Of a stretch of 64,000 nt of DNA, positions 1-9,310 are shown piece by piece; positions within the stretch are counted from its first letter, which is position 1, and each line of letters begins with the position of its first letter. The notes beneath the pieces were generated by a model. That model searched no databases and had not been told where the DNA came from. It worked only from the letters and a program-made list of their open reading frames with translations. Origin of the DNA: Acidimicrobiales bacterium. Its GTDB lineage: Bacteria; Actinomycetota; Acidimicrobiia; Acidimicrobiales; GCA-2861595. Position numbers and translations under genes: made by a program. The DNA lies in NCBI GenBank assembly GCA_030448025.1, contig JAUJNQ010000002.1, forward strand, positions 636,473 to 700,472. Direction: 5' to 3'.

Positions 1-1
1 C

Positions 2-616
2 TACGGGGTGCCCCACATCTCCACCGGTGACATGTTTCGCGCCGCGGTCCAGTCCGGGTCGGAGCTCGGAGAGCGCCTCGATAGCTACATGCACGCCGGC
101 GAGCTCATTCCCGACGACCTGGTCTTCGGAGTGGTCAGCGAGCGTCTGCACCAGGACGATGCCGCCCGGGGCTTCGTCCTCGACGGCTTCCCCCGCACCA
201 TCGGGCAGGCCGCCAAGCTCTCCGAGCTGCTGGCGCCCGCCGATGTGGACTTGGTCCTGTCCCTCGAGGTTCCCACCGAGGTCTCCCTCAGACGCCTGGC
301 CGGCCGCCGTGTGTGCCAGGACTGCGGCACCAACTACAGCGTCTACAGCCCGCCGGAGCAGGGCTGGGAATGCGATCACTGCGGCGGCCAGGTGGTGCTG
401 CGGAGAGACGACACCGAGCACGCCATAGCCCGGCGCCTCAAGCTCTACGAGGAGCAGACCGAGCCTCTGGTGAGCTGGTATCAAGAGCAGAGCAAGTTGG
501 TTGCCATCGACGGGATCGGTCCACTCGACACCGTCACCGATCGCCTGTTTCGAGCCATCGACCGCAGATGGCCCACCAACCGGGTGAGCTCGGCCCAAGT
601 TGGTTCGGCATCGTGA
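2..616 (+). CDS. adk: adenylate kinase (5' end lies upstream of the window)
   Basis: The frame is open to the window edge (YGVPHISTGDMFRAAV...). LID zinc knuckle CQDCGTNY...CDHCGG is present. Stop TGA 614-616 overlaps the map start. Position before map/infA is conserved. Confidence 0.95.
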   Translation, partial: YGVPHISTGDMFRAAVQSGSELGERLDSYMHAGELIPDDLVFGVVSERLHQDDAARGFVLDGFPRTIGQAAKLSELLAPADVDLVLSLEVPTEVSLRRLAGRRVCQDCGTNYSVYSPPEQGWECDHCGGQVVLRRDDTEHAIARRLKLYEEQTEPLVSWYQEQSKLVAIDGIGPLDTVTDRLFRAIDRRWPTNRVSSAQVGSAS

Positions 617-1359
617 GGCGGAGCAAGGACGAGATTGCCAAGATGCGCCGTGCCGGCCGGGTCGTGGCCGAGATGCACGATCGCACCAGATCCGCAGCCC
701 GTCCCGGGGTCACAACCGCCGACCTCGACCGCGTGGCCCGGGAGGTGCTGGAACGGCGCGGGGCGCGGTCGAACTTCTTGAACTACCACGGCTTTCCGGG
801 TGTGATCTGCACGTCGCCGAACGACATGATCGTCCACGGCATCCCGGGGTCATACCGGCTCGAGGAGGGCGACATCATCTCCATCGACTGCGGGGCCATC
901 ATCGAGGGCTATCACGGTGATGCCGCTTTCACCATGCCCGTCGGCGAGGTGGAGCCCGAAGCGCTGAAGCTCATCGAGGTCACCGAGGAGAGCCTTCGCA
1001 AGGGGATAGAGCAGATGGTCGACGGGCACCGGCTGTCGGACATCGGACACGCCGTCCAGACCGTCGCCGAGGCATCCGGTTACTCAGTTGTCCGAGAGTA
1101 CGTCGGTCATGGCATCGGGACCGCCATGCACGAGGAACCCCAGGTCCCGAACTACGGGGAGCCCGGAAAGGGGCCGAAGCTGCGGGTGGGCATGGTCTTC
1201 GCCGTCGAGCCCATGGTGAACATGGGGGGTCCCGGCACCCGCCTGCTGGACGACGGCTGGGCCGTGGTGACCGCCGACGGAAGCCTGTCGGCACACGCCG
1301 AGCACTCCATCGCCATCACCGACCACGGTCCCGAGGTGCTGACCATTCCCGGAGCCTGA
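613..1359 (+). CDS. map: type I methionine aminopeptidase
   Basis: GTG 613 overlaps the adk stop (GTGA). MetAP stretches FLNYHGFPG, DIISIDCGA, VGHGIG, VFAVEPM and SAHAEHS are present. The 5' part of track ORF 313..1359 is an out-of-frame read of adk. Confidence 0.93.
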   Translation: MRRSKDEIAKMRRAGRVVAEMHDRTRSAARPGVTTADLDRVAREVLERRGARSNFLNYHGFPGVICTSPNDMIVHGIPGSYRLEEGDIISIDCGAIIEGYHGDAAFTMPVGEVEPEALKLIEVTEESLRKGIEQMVDGHRLSDIGHAVQTVAEASGYSVVREYVGHGIGTAMHEEPQVPNYGEPGKGPKLRVGMVFAVEPMVNMGGPGTRLLDDGWAVVTADGSLSAHAEHSIAITDHGPEVLTIPGA

Positions 1360-1576
1360 CCGCCCCGGTTCCCGGCCCCAGTTTCGCGGCGCAGCCTGAC
1401 GCGATATCCTCTCCGGTCGACCTGGCGCGCCACCGGGTGCGGTGCCCCCGGGGTGTCAACGCAGTGCTGTCGGGCTTTCGGGCCCAACTGAGTTGCAGCC
1501 CTGGTCCGCGCCGAAGTCCCATTCCGCCGACGTTTCCCCAGCCAGTCCCCCAGTAACAAGTGCCCCGGAGGTACAC

Positions 1577-1801
1577 CTGCCCAAGCCCAAGGAAGACGCG
1601 ATCGTGCTCGAAGGCACGGTGCTCGAGCCCCTGCCCAATGCCATGTTCAAGGTGGAGCTCGAGAACGGCCACAAGGTCCTGGCTCACAGCTCGGGAAAGA
1701 TGAGGATGCACCGCATCCGCATCCTGCCGGGGGATCGCGTGCAGGTGGAGATCACGCCCTACGACCTCTCCCGAGGTCGAATCACCTACAGGTACAAATG
1801 A
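1577..1801 (+). CDS. infA: translation initiation factor IF-1 (apparent CTG start)
   Basis: [78 protein letters not shown] at 1567-1571 lies 5 nt before CTG 1577. The canonical in-frame starts (TTG 1493, GTG 1442) would add 28-45 non-conserved residues. Confidence 0.85.
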   Translation: MPKPKEDAIVLEGTVLEPLPNAMFKVELENGHKVLAHSSGKMRMHRIRILPGDRVQVEITPYDLSRGRITYRYK

Positions 1802-1914
1802 TGAAAGTACGACCCAGCGTCAAGGCTATGTGCGAGAAGTGCAAGGTGGTCCGCCGGCAGGGCCGGGTACTGGTCATCTGCTCCAACGCCCGCCACAAGC
1901 AGAGGCAGGGATAG
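1801..1914 (+). CDS. rpmJ: 50S ribosomal protein L36
   Basis: This 37-aa ORF is below the track cutoff: [40 protein letters not shown] 1801 overlaps the infA stop by 1 nt, and there is also an in-frame ATG at 1798. Confidence 0.93.
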   Translation: MKVRPSVKAMCEKCKVVRRQGRVLVICSNARHKQRQG

Positions 1915-1918
1915 CCCC

Positions 1919-2296
1919 ATGGCACGCATCGCAGGAGTTGACATCCCCCGTGAGAAGCGGCTCGAGATCGCGCTCACCTACATCTTCGGCGTCGGCCGCT
2001 CGAAGGCCCAAGAGGTCTGCCGGGCGGCGGGCGTGAACCTCGACACCAGGGTCCGTGATCTCACCGACGACGAGGTCGTGCGGCTCCGCGGTTGGATCGA
2101 CGCCAACATGAAGGTGGAAGGCGACCTTCGTCGGGACGTCCAACAGGACATCAAGCGGAAGATGGAGATCGGCTCCTACCAGGGAGTGCGGCACCGCCGG
2201 GGTCTTCCCGTCCATGGGCAACGCACCCACACCAACGCCCGCACCCGAAAAGGCCCGAAGCGCACGGTCGCAGGCAAGAAGAAGGTCAAGAAGTAG
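1919..2296 (+). CDS. rpsM: 30S ribosomal protein S13
   Basis: [26 protein letters not shown]..., with a basic C-terminus. Position is conserved. Confidence 0.97.
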   Translation: MARIAGVDIPREKRLEIALTYIFGVGRSKAQEVCRAAGVNLDTRVRDLTDDEVVRLRGWIDANMKVEGDLRRDVQQDIKRKMEIGSYQGVRHRRGLPVHGQRTHTNARTRKGPKRTVAGKKKVKK

Positions 2297-2695
2297 ATGG
2301 CCAAGCCCAAGCCAGGTGGTCGAAGGCCGCGCCGCCGCGAGCGCAAGAACGTGGCCTACGGCGTCGCCCACATCAAGAGCTCGTTCAACAACACCATCGT
2401 GTCCATCACAGACACCGAGGGGAACGTCATCGCCTGGGCGTCGGCGGGGAACGTGGGGTTCAAGGGCTCCCGCAAGTCCACCCCGTTCGCGGCCCAGCTG
2501 GCTGCCGAAGCGTGCGCTCGGCGGGCCATGGAGCACGGCATGCGCAGGGTCGACGTGTTGGTGAAGGGGCCGGGCTCGGGGCGGGAGACGGCCATCCGCT
2601 CCCTCCAGAGCACCGGCCTGGAAGTGTCCGGCATCAAGGACGTCAGCCCCATCCCACACAACGGCTGCCGGCCGAAGAAGCGGAGGCGTGTCTAG
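2297..2695 (+). CDS. rpsK: 30S ribosomal protein S11
   Basis: [36 protein letters not shown]. Confidence 0.97.
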   Translation: MAKPKPGGRRPRRRERKNVAYGVAHIKSSFNNTIVSITDTEGNVIAWASAGNVGFKGSRKSTPFAAQLAAEACARRAMEHGMRRVDVLVKGPGSGRETAIRSLQSTGLEVSGIKDVSPIPHNGCRPKKRRRV

Positions 2696-3336
2696 TGGCT
2701 CGATACACAGGGCCGGTCTGCCGGCTGTGCCGGCGAGAGAAGATGAAGCTGTTCCTGAAAGGGCCGAAGTGCGACACCATGAAGTGCCCCATCGAACGTC
2801 GCCCGTACCCGCCGGGTGAGCACGGCCGAGACCGCATGCGGCAGGGCTCGGAGTACCTGGTCCAGCTCAGGGAGAAGCAAAAGGCGCGCCGCATCTATGG
2901 AATCTTGGAGAAGCAGTTCGCCAACCTCTACGAGGAGGCCAACCGCCAGCAGGGCATCACCGGCGAGAACCTTCTGCGCATGCTCGAGCTGCGCCTGGAC
3001 AACGTGGTCTATCGAGCCTCGTGGGCCTCGAGCCGGAGCCAGGCCCGTCAGCTCGTGCGCCATGGACACGTGCTGGTGAACTCGAAGCGGGTCACCATCC
3101 CGAGCTACCGCTTGCGCAAGGGCGACGTGGTGTCGCTCAAGCAGCGGTCTCGCGAGCTCATCGTCATCCGCCACAACATGGACACCCTCGACCGCCAGGT
3201 CCCGCCCTGGCTGGAGCCGGCAGGTGGCGAAGGAGCCGGCGGTTCCTTCGAGGTGGTCGTCCGCGATCTGCCCCAGCGGGAGCACATCGACGTGCCCGTC
3301 CGGGAACAGCTCATCGTCGAGCTCTACAGCAAGTAG
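2695..3336 (+). CDS. rpsD: 30S ribosomal protein S4
   Basis: GTG 2695 overlaps the rpsK stop by 1 nt. [22 protein letters not shown] is present, as is the S4 domain [30 protein letters not shown]. The upstream part of track ORF 2092..3336 is out-of-frame rpsM/rpsK. Confidence 0.95.
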   Translation: MARYTGPVCRLCRREKMKLFLKGPKCDTMKCPIERRPYPPGEHGRDRMRQGSEYLVQLREKQKARRIYGILEKQFANLYEEANRQQGITGENLLRMLELRLDNVVYRASWASSRSQARQLVRHGHVLVNSKRVTIPSYRLRKGDVVSLKQRSRELIVIRHNMDTLDRQVPPWLEPAGGEGAGGSFEVVVRDLPQREHIDVPVREQLIVELYSK

Positions 3337-3348
3337 AGAGAGGAACTC

Positions 3349-4293
3349 ATGCTGATCATCCAGCGCCCCACCGTTGAAGCCGTCGACGACGAAGAGGCGA
3401 ACCACCAGCGGTTCGCAGTCGGCCCCTTGGAGCCGGGCTTTGGCCACACCCTGGGCAACTCCCTCCGGCGGGCTCTGCTCTCGTCGATTCCGGGGGCCGC
3501 GGTCACCCAGCTGCGCTTCGACGACGCCCTGCACGAGTTCAGCACCCTGCCTGGAGTGAAGGAGGACGTCACCGATCTCATCCTCAACTTCAAGGACCTG
3601 GTGCTGCGGCTCGAAGGTGGCGAGGCGGCCACCGTGCGACTCGAGGTCCGGGGGCCGGCCGCGGCCACGGCCGCTGACATCCAGACCACCGCCGACGTGG
3701 AGGTCCTCAACCCCGAGCTGCACCTGGCCCAGCTCAACGAGCAGGGCCGCCTGGCCGTCGACATCACGGTGGAGCGCGGTCGCGGCTACGTGTCGGCCGA
3801 CCGCAACAAGCAGTCCTCGACGATCGGCGTGATCCCCGTGGACTCCATCTTCTCCCCGGTACGCCGGGTCGCCTTCACGGTGGAACCCACCCGAGTCGAA
3901 CAGTCCACCAACTTCGACCGGCTGGTGCTCTCCATCGAGACCGATGGCTCCATCTCCCCCAGGGAGGCGCTGGCCTCGGCGGGCGACACCATGCGCTCCT
4001 TGATGGGCCTGGTCGCCGACATGAGCGACCAGCCTCAGGGACTCGAGTTGGGTGACCTGAGCAGGGTCAGCAGCGGCTCGCCCGATCTCGACCTGCCCAT
4101 CGAGGAGCTGGACCTCTCGGAGCGCCCCCGCAACTGTCTGAAGCGGGCACAGGTGAACACCGTGGGGGAGCTGGTGGAAAAGACCCACGACGACCTCCTC
4201 GCCATCACCAACTTCGGGCAGAAATCGCTCGACGAGGTGCTTCAGAAGCTGGACGAGCGCGGCCTGGGCCTCCGCGACAACCGGCCGGAGTAG
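3349..4293 (+). CDS. rpoA: DNA-directed RNA polymerase alpha subunit
   Basis: MLIIQRPTVE...GPLEPGFGHTLGNSLRRALLSSIPGAAV is present. The CTD reads LDLSERPRNCLKRAQVNTVGELV. Confidence 0.97.
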   Translation: MLIIQRPTVEAVDDEEANHQRFAVGPLEPGFGHTLGNSLRRALLSSIPGAAVTQLRFDDALHEFSTLPGVKEDVTDLILNFKDLVLRLEGGEAATVRLEVRGPAAATAADIQTTADVEVLNPELHLAQLNEQGRLAVDITVERGRGYVSADRNKQSSTIGVIPVDSIFSPVRRVAFTVEPTRVEQSTNFDRLVLSIETDGSISPREALASAGDTMRSLMGLVADMSDQPQGLELGDLSRVSSGSPDLDLPIEELDLSERPRNCLKRAQVNTVGELVEKTHDDLLAITNFGQKSLDEVLQKLDERGLGLRDNRPE

Positions 4294-4303
4294 GGCTCAC
4301 ACC

Positions 4304-4657
4304 GTGCCCGCAAGGCCGAAGAAGGGGCATCGCCTCGGCAGCGACGCCGCCCACCAGAAGGCGATGATGGGCAACCTCGTCGCCTCGCTCATCGCCGCCG
4401 AGGCTCTGGTCACCACCGAGACCAAGGCCAAGGCCCTTCGCCCGGTCATGGAGAAGGTCATCACCAAGGCCAGGAAGGGCGGCGTCCATCGTCACCGCCA
4501 GGTGGTGGCGTTCATCCGGGACAAGGACATGGCCCACAAGCTCTTCGAGGACATCGGGCCTCGCTACGAGGATCGCCCCGGTGGCTACACCCGGATCCTC
4601 AAGCTCGGCCCCCGTCACGGGGACAACGCCCCGATGGCCCGCATAGAGCTCGTCTGA
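4304..4657 (+). CDS. rplQ: 50S ribosomal protein L17
   Basis: KGHRLGSDAAHQKAMMGNL...GGYTRILKLGPRHGDNAPMARIELV. Confidence 0.96.
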   Translation: MPARPKKGHRLGSDAAHQKAMMGNLVASLIAAEALVTTETKAKALRPVMEKVITKARKGGVHRHRQVVAFIRDKDMAHKLFEDIGPRYEDRPGGYTRILKLGPRHGDNAPMARIELV

Positions 4658-4666
4658 TCCCTTCGA

Positions 4667-5506
4667 GTGACCCTGTTCGAAGAGGGGACGCCTCCCACTT
4701 CGACGCCGGGTCCCGGGTCCAGCGAGCCCACCGGTCCCACCGGTCCCACCCAACGGATCCGGATGACCGTCGCTTACGACGGAAGGGGCTTTCACGGTTT
4801 CGCCGCCAATCCCGGTGTCACCACCGTGGCCGGATGCCTGGGCGAAGCCTTGGCCAAGGTCCTCGGCCACCAGGTGACGCTCACCTGCGCGGGGCGGACG
4901 GACAGCGGCGTGCACGCCTGGGGACAGGTGGTGCACTTCGACACTGACCACTCCCATGCTCACAGCGAGGCCGACGTGGACCGGCTGCAGCGGTCGGTCA
5001 ACAAGATGCTTGCCCCTGCTGTGGTGGTGAGGGAGGTGTCCGTCTCGCCTGCGGGCTTCGACGCTCGCCGCTCGGCCACGGGCCGCCGCTACCGCTACAC
5101 GGTGCTGAACCGTCCATTGCCCGACCCATTTCTCGCTCCCATTGCCTGGCACGTTCCCGAGCCCCTCGACCTGCAGGCGATGCAGCTCGGATGTGACCCG
5201 CTCTTCGGCGAGCACGACTGGTCGTCGTTCTGCCGCAAGCCCCCCGCAGCCGACGCGTCGATGGTGCGGGTCGTTCGAGACGCCCGATGGACCGACGTCG
5301 GGGAGGCATTGCTGCGCTTCGACATCGAGGCCTCGTCCTTCTGTCACCAGATGGTGCGGTCGGTCGTGGGAACGCTCGTCGCCGTCGGCAAGGCCAAGCT
5401 GCGAGCAGGCGACCTGGCCTGGATCATCCGGTCGAAGGACCGCGCCCTCGCCGGCGAGCCGGCTCCTGCCCACGGGCTCTGCCTCTGGGAAGTGCTCTAC
5501 CAGTGA
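4667..5506 (+). CDS. truA: tRNA pseudouridine(38-40) synthase
   Basis: [12 protein letters not shown] is present, with the catalytic motif [13 protein letters not shown]. The start is uncertain (GTG 4667 or ATG 4763). Confidence 0.9.
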   Translation: MTLFEEGTPPTSTPGPGSSEPTGPTGPTQRIRMTVAYDGRGFHGFAANPGVTTVAGCLGEALAKVLGHQVTLTCAGRTDSGVHAWGQVVHFDTDHSHAHSEADVDRLQRSVNKMLAPAVVVREVSVSPAGFDARRSATGRRYRYTVLNRPLPDPFLAPIAWHVPEPLDLQAMQLGCDPLFGEHDWSSFCRKPPAADASMVRVVRDARWTDVGEALLRFDIEASSFCHQMVRSVVGTLVAVGKAKLRAGDLAWIIRSKDRALAGEPAPAHGLCLWEVLYQ

Positions 5507-5589
5507 GGTGCCAAGGGTTACAAGTCGTGCGCCGCCGCGTCGCGGCTATGCTGGCCGATCCCTGCAGCCGTTCCAGCGGAGGCTCTTGC

Positions 5590-6054
5590 GTGCGGACGTT
5601 CTCTCCAAAACCCAGCGACATCCACCGCGCCTGGCACGTGGTGGATGCCGACGGCCTGGTCCTCGGGCGCCTGGCCTCGGAGGTGGCTCGCGTGCTGCGG
5701 GGCAAGCACAAGCCCACCTTTGCGCCCCACGTGGACACCGGTGACCATGTGATCGTGGTCAACGCCGCCCGCGTGGTCATGACCTCGGACAAGGCCCAGT
5801 CCAAGATGGCCTACCGTCACTCCGGGTATCCCGGCGGCCTGAAGAGCCGTAGCTACGCCGAGCTCCTGGCCACCAGGCCGGAGGAGGTGGTGCGCATGGC
5901 GGTGAGGGGAATGCTTCCCAAGGGCACCCTCGGGCGCCAGATGCTGACCAAGCTCAAGGTCTACGCCGGGCCCGACCATCCCCACGATGCGCAGGGCCCA
6001 ACGCCGCTGGCATTCGAGCACGCCCGCGCCAACGCTTCAGCGAGGCAGGCATGA
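5590..6054 (+). CDS. rplM: 50S ribosomal protein L13
   Basis: GTG 5590 opens [41 protein letters not shown]. Confidence 0.94.
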   Translation: MRTFSPKPSDIHRAWHVVDADGLVLGRLASEVARVLRGKHKPTFAPHVDTGDHVIVVNAARVVMTSDKAQSKMAYRHSGYPGGLKSRSYAELLATRPEEVVRMAVRGMLPKGTLGRQMLTKLKVYAGPDHPHDAQGPTPLAFEHARANASARQA

Positions 6055-6443
6055 CCCTGCCCCTCGCCCAGTCCACCGGTCGGCGCAAGGAAGCCGTCGC
6101 CCGGGTGCGGATCAGGACCGGCACCGGTGTGGTCACCGTCAACCGGCGACCCATCGAGGCGTACTTCCCGTCCGCCACCCAGCGCATGGTGGCCATCGAG
6201 CCCTTGCGCATCACCGATACGGCCGAGACCTACGACGTGGATGCCACCATCGACGGTGGCGGCGTCTCTGGGCAGGCCGGTGCTCTTCGGCTCGGCATCG
6301 CCCGTGGCCTGGTCGAGCTCGATCCCGAGCAGCGGATGGCGCTCAAGCGGGCCGGGTTGCTCACCCGAGACGCCCGCGAGAAGGAGATCAAGAAGTACGG
6401 CCTCAAGAAGGCCCGGAAGGCGCCGCAGTACTCCAAGCGGTAG
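6051..6443 (+). CDS. rpsI: 30S ribosomal protein S9
   Basis: [14 protein letters not shown]...[12 protein letters not shown]. There is a 4-nt overlap with rplM. Confidence 0.96.
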   Translation: MTLPLAQSTGRRKEAVARVRIRTGTGVVTVNRRPIEAYFPSATQRMVAIEPLRITDTAETYDVDATIDGGGVSGQAGALRLGIARGLVELDPEQRMALKRAGLLTRDAREKEIKKYGLKKARKAPQYSKR

Positions 6444-6450
6444 GAGACGC

Positions 6451-7821
6451 TTGACTCTCAAGTTCGGCACCGACGGGGTCCGCGGCGTCGCCAACCAGGA
6501 GTTGACCCCAGAGCTGGTGTTGGCCCTTGGTCGGGCTGCGGCCGGCGTGATCGAAGGCTCCACGTTCCTGGTCGGGCGAGACACCCGGGTGTCCGGCCCG
6601 ATGCTGCAGGCCGCGCTCTCGGCGGGGCTGGCGTCCGAAGGCGTGTCGGTGGTCGACCTGGGCGTGCTGCCCACACCTGGGGTCGCCTTCGCCTCTGCCA
6701 CGAGGGGGTTGCCGGCGGCGGTGATCTCGGCTTCGCACAACCCGTTCCCGGACAACGGCATCAAGTTGTTCGCCCCCGGGGGTTGCAAGCTGGCGGACCA
6801 CGTGGAGGAGGTCCTCGAGGCTCGCCTCACCCAGCTGCTCGGCGGCGGTGGCGTTGCCGGTTCCTCGGTTCCCGCCTCGTCGGTCCGCACCGGCGGATCG
6901 GTGGGAAGGCTCGAGACCGATGCCACCGCCCTGGACGAGTACGTCGCCCACCTGGTGGGGTCCCTCGAGGGGCGTCGTCTTGACCACCTCCGGGTGATGG
7001 TCGACTGCGCCAACGGCGCTGCGTTCCAGGCCGCGCCGCGCGCCCTGGTCGAGCTGGGCGCCGAGGTCGAGGTGATCGGCGACCAGCCGGACGGCACCAA
7101 CATCAACGACGACTGCGGCTCCACCTTCCCAATGGCTCTGCAACGAGCGGTGGTGGCGACCGGGGCCGACGTGGGACTGGCGCTCGACGGCGATGCCGAC
7201 AGGGTGCTGGGCGTCGACGGGCAGGGTGGTCTGCTCGACGGCGACCACCTCCTGGCGCTGTGCGCCCAGGACCTTCGCAGCCGGGGTCGGCTGCGGGACG
7301 ACACCGTGGTGGTCACGGTGATGACCAACCTCGGGTTCCGTCACGCCATGGCCGCTCAGGGCATCGCCGTGCAGGAGACGGCCGTGGGCGACCGCTACGT
7401 GCTCGAGGCGCTGGAGAGGGGGGGATGGTCGCTCGGTGGCGAGCAGTCGGGCCATCTGATCTTCCGGGAGCTGGCCACGACCGGCGACGGCACGCTCACG
7501 GGGCTCCTGGTTCTGGACCTGCTCCGCCGCCGAGGCCGGCCATTGGCCGAGTTGGCAGCCGAGGCCATGACTCGCCTGCCGCAGGTCCTGCGCAACGTGC
7601 GCGTGGCCGTTCGCGACCCCGATGTCGTGACGCGGCTGCGTCCGGCCATCGCAGCCGCCGAGGCCGAGCTCGACGGACAGGGCAGGGTGCTGGTGCGCCC
7701 CAGCGGCACCGAGCCCCTGGTGCGGGTCATGGTGGAGGCCCCCACCGAGCGCCAGGCCGAGGACGCCGCCGGGCGCCTGGTCGCCGAGGTGGAGCAGGCC
7801 TGCGGAGTGGCGCCCTTGTAG
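6451..7821 (+). CDS. glmM: phosphoglucosamine mutase
   Basis: TTG 6451 opens LKFGTDGVRGVAN. The active-site stretch SASHNPFPDNGIK is present, along with DGDADR and GEQSGH. Confidence 0.94.
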   Translation: MTLKFGTDGVRGVANQELTPELVLALGRAAAGVIEGSTFLVGRDTRVSGPMLQAALSAGLASEGVSVVDLGVLPTPGVAFASATRGLPAAVISASHNPFPDNGIKLFAPGGCKLADHVEEVLEARLTQLLGGGGVAGSSVPASSVRTGGSVGRLETDATALDEYVAHLVGSLEGRRLDHLRVMVDCANGAAFQAAPRALVELGAEVEVIGDQPDGTNINDDCGSTFPMALQRAVVATGADVGLALDGDADRVLGVDGQGGLLDGDHLLALCAQDLRSRGRLRDDTVVVTVMTNLGFRHAMAAQGIAVQETAVGDRYVLEALERGGWSLGGEQSGHLIFRELATTGDGTLTGLLVLDLLRRRGRPLAELAAEAMTRLPQVLRNVRVAVRDPDVVTRLRPAIAAAEAELDGQGRVLVRPSGTEPLVRVMVEAPTERQAEDAAGRLVAEVEQACGVAPL

Positions 7822-7825
7822 GCGG

Positions 7826-8638
7826 CTACCGGTTGCGGACGGCCTGGAGCTGTTCCACCGGAAAGCCCGGCAGGGCGCCCTCGGTGGTCACGTTGAGGGT
7901 GCCGCTGTCGCCACCGAGCTGCCAGCGGACCGTCCACACCACGGTGACCTCCACGTCGTAGACGCCGCGGTCGGTGTAGACGTGGCTGATGTTGCCGTCG
8001 GGCCAGGGTCCACCGGGGCCGGGGTGGGGGCCGGTCCTGGAGTCACCCCAGTTGACGTAGTAGACGCCGGTGGCATCGAGGCGGATGTCGCCGAGGGGCG
8101 TGGGACGTGTGTCGCTGATGGTGGTGGGAGAGCGGGGTTCGAGGAAGGCACGAAGGCCGGTGATGGCCCTGCCGGGCGCGATGTAAGGCTTCGGCGCCGG
8201 GAAGGGGAAGGTCTCCACCACGCCGATTGCTACCTCCTGGGGGGTGGGGGCCGCGACCGCCGCCGGACAGCGGGAAAGTTCGCGTTGCAGAACGTCATTC
8301 CAGACCCGGTACGCGGAGTTGGCGTGAGCGTTGAACTCGGCCGTAGGGATGGTCTGACCACTGGGTCGGTAGCACAAGCCAGTGGCTGGGTCATTGCCCA
8401 GCCCGAGTACTCCGACCATGTCCGGCACCGCGACCCTGGGTCGTCCCGGCGCCGAGCCGCCGGCCCCCGCCACCTTGGGACTCGACTGGTGACTCTGGCC
8501 GGAGCAGATCACCTCGCTCGTGCCATCCCTCTTGTTGATGACCTCACTCTGAGGGCACTCCAAAGCTCGAGCGGGGACAACGGGACCGACGCTCAACGCC
8601 AGGAGAGCAAGAGCGGTAAACAGAGCTAGGCGGCGCAC
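7826..8638 (-). CDS. secreted hypothetical protein with a C-terminal beta-rich (PKD/Ig-like) region
   Basis: GTG start. The signal peptide is RRLALFTALALLALSVGPVVPARA. The C-terminus reads ISHVYTDRGVYDVEVTVVWTVRW. I did not recognise a family. Confidence 0.7.
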   Translation of the reverse strand: MRRLALFTALALLALSVGPVVPARALECPQSEVINKRDGTSEVICSGQSHQSSPKVAGAGGSAPGRPRVAVPDMVGVLGLGNDPATGLCYRPSGQTIPTAEFNAHANSAYRVWNDVLQRELSRCPAAVAAPTPQEVAIGVVETFPFPAPKPYIAPGRAITGLRAFLEPRSPTTISDTRPTPLGDIRLDATGVYYVNWGDSRTGPHPGPGGPWPDGNISHVYTDRGVYDVEVTVVWTVRWQLGGDSGTLNVTTEGALPGFPVEQLQAVRNR

Positions 8639-9288
8639 TGATCCTCCGGCTTCGGCGCTTGACCCACTTTGAGGACTTGTGCATCGCTGATCGACCAGGG
8701 AGTGGGATTGAGGTTCCTCGGGTCAGCGCCTGGCTGTGTCGGCCGAAGCGTCAATGAATTCACTTCGTCGGCGGGACGGGGAGGTGGAGACTTGGCCACT
8801 TGGCTGTAGTCAATCGAGACCTCGGCTCTGAGGCAGTTCGCGCTGGCCTCCACCAAACGGTTCACGGTTCTTTTCAAGTTTCCCGGAGGAACGATGAGTC
8901 GTGACAGGTCCGTCTTGACCAGACCTTCGAGCTCCTGGACGTACTGTGGATCGTTGTAGATGGCTCGCAGGATTTCTCCGGCTTGTGGGCCTACTTGTCC
9001 TGCCGAGACCACGCTTCTCGTGGCGTCACCGTCGACCTTGTCCAGTGCGGCGAGGACGCGGTTGACGTAGGCCTCGTCGATCACCGCCGGCACGGCGTAG
9101 GGGTCGGCCGGTGCGGAAGTCGTGGTCGGTGGAGGGGGAATGGTCGCTGCCGGGCCTCCGTCAGCCTTGCCGTTGCAGCTCCCGGTGACGGCCAGGAAAA
9201 CGACCAGGAGGACACTTCGGACGATCACGGCTCCAATGCATATCATGCCAACTGGTGCCGCACCAGAGCTCACTGAGTCATCGAACAT
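8626..9288 (-). CDS. membrane-anchored/secreted hypothetical protein
   Basis: The hydrophobic N-terminus is MICIGAVIVRSVLLVVFLAVTGSC. The stop overlaps the start of 7826..8638 by 13 nt. The start is ambiguous (ATG 9288 or ATG 9246). The longer track start at 9417 would overlap the HNH gene. Confidence 0.6.
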   Translation of the reverse strand: MFDDSVSSGAAPVGMICIGAVIVRSVLLVVFLAVTGSCNGKADGGPAATIPPPPTTTSAPADPYAVPAVIDEAYVNRVLAALDKVDGDATRSVVSAGQVGPQAGEILRAIYNDPQYVQELEGLVKTDLSRLIVPPGNLKRTVNRLVEASANCLRAEVSIDYSQVAKSPPPRPADEVNSLTLRPTQPGADPRNLNPTPWSISDAQVLKVGQAPKPEDQCAA

Positions 9289-9296
9289 ATGTTCGT
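9281..9296. promoter_or_regulatory. LexA (SOS) box TCGAACATATGTTCGT
   Basis: Perfect CGAAC-N4-GTTCG palindrome in the divergent intergenic region. It lies 15-24 nt upstream of the DUF222-HNH start codons. Confidence 0.7.
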
Positions 9297-9310
9297 AGCC
9301 ACGGGCTAGT

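Noticed and set aside
313-612. Many track ORFs carry 5' extensions. Examples are 313..1359, 2092..3336, 5287..6054, 6127..7821, 20912..22330, 25111..25923, 26902..28257, 33927..35582 and 57142..59226.
   Set aside because: The extensions overlap the preceding gene in another frame and lack homology-like sequence. Conserved N-termini with GTG/TTG/ATG starts, often overlapping the upstream stop, define the shorter models used here.
2692-4188. There are very long ORFs antisense to, or out of frame with, core genes. Examples are 2692..4188(-), 4205..5473(-), 18138..19373(-), 25817..27238(-), 28465..30354(-) and 41726..43072(-).
   Set aside because: Their translations are Arg/Gly/Pro/Ala-rich low-complexity sequence. 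They fully overlap genes with unmistakable family signatures. This is the usual stop-codon depletion of high-GC DNA.
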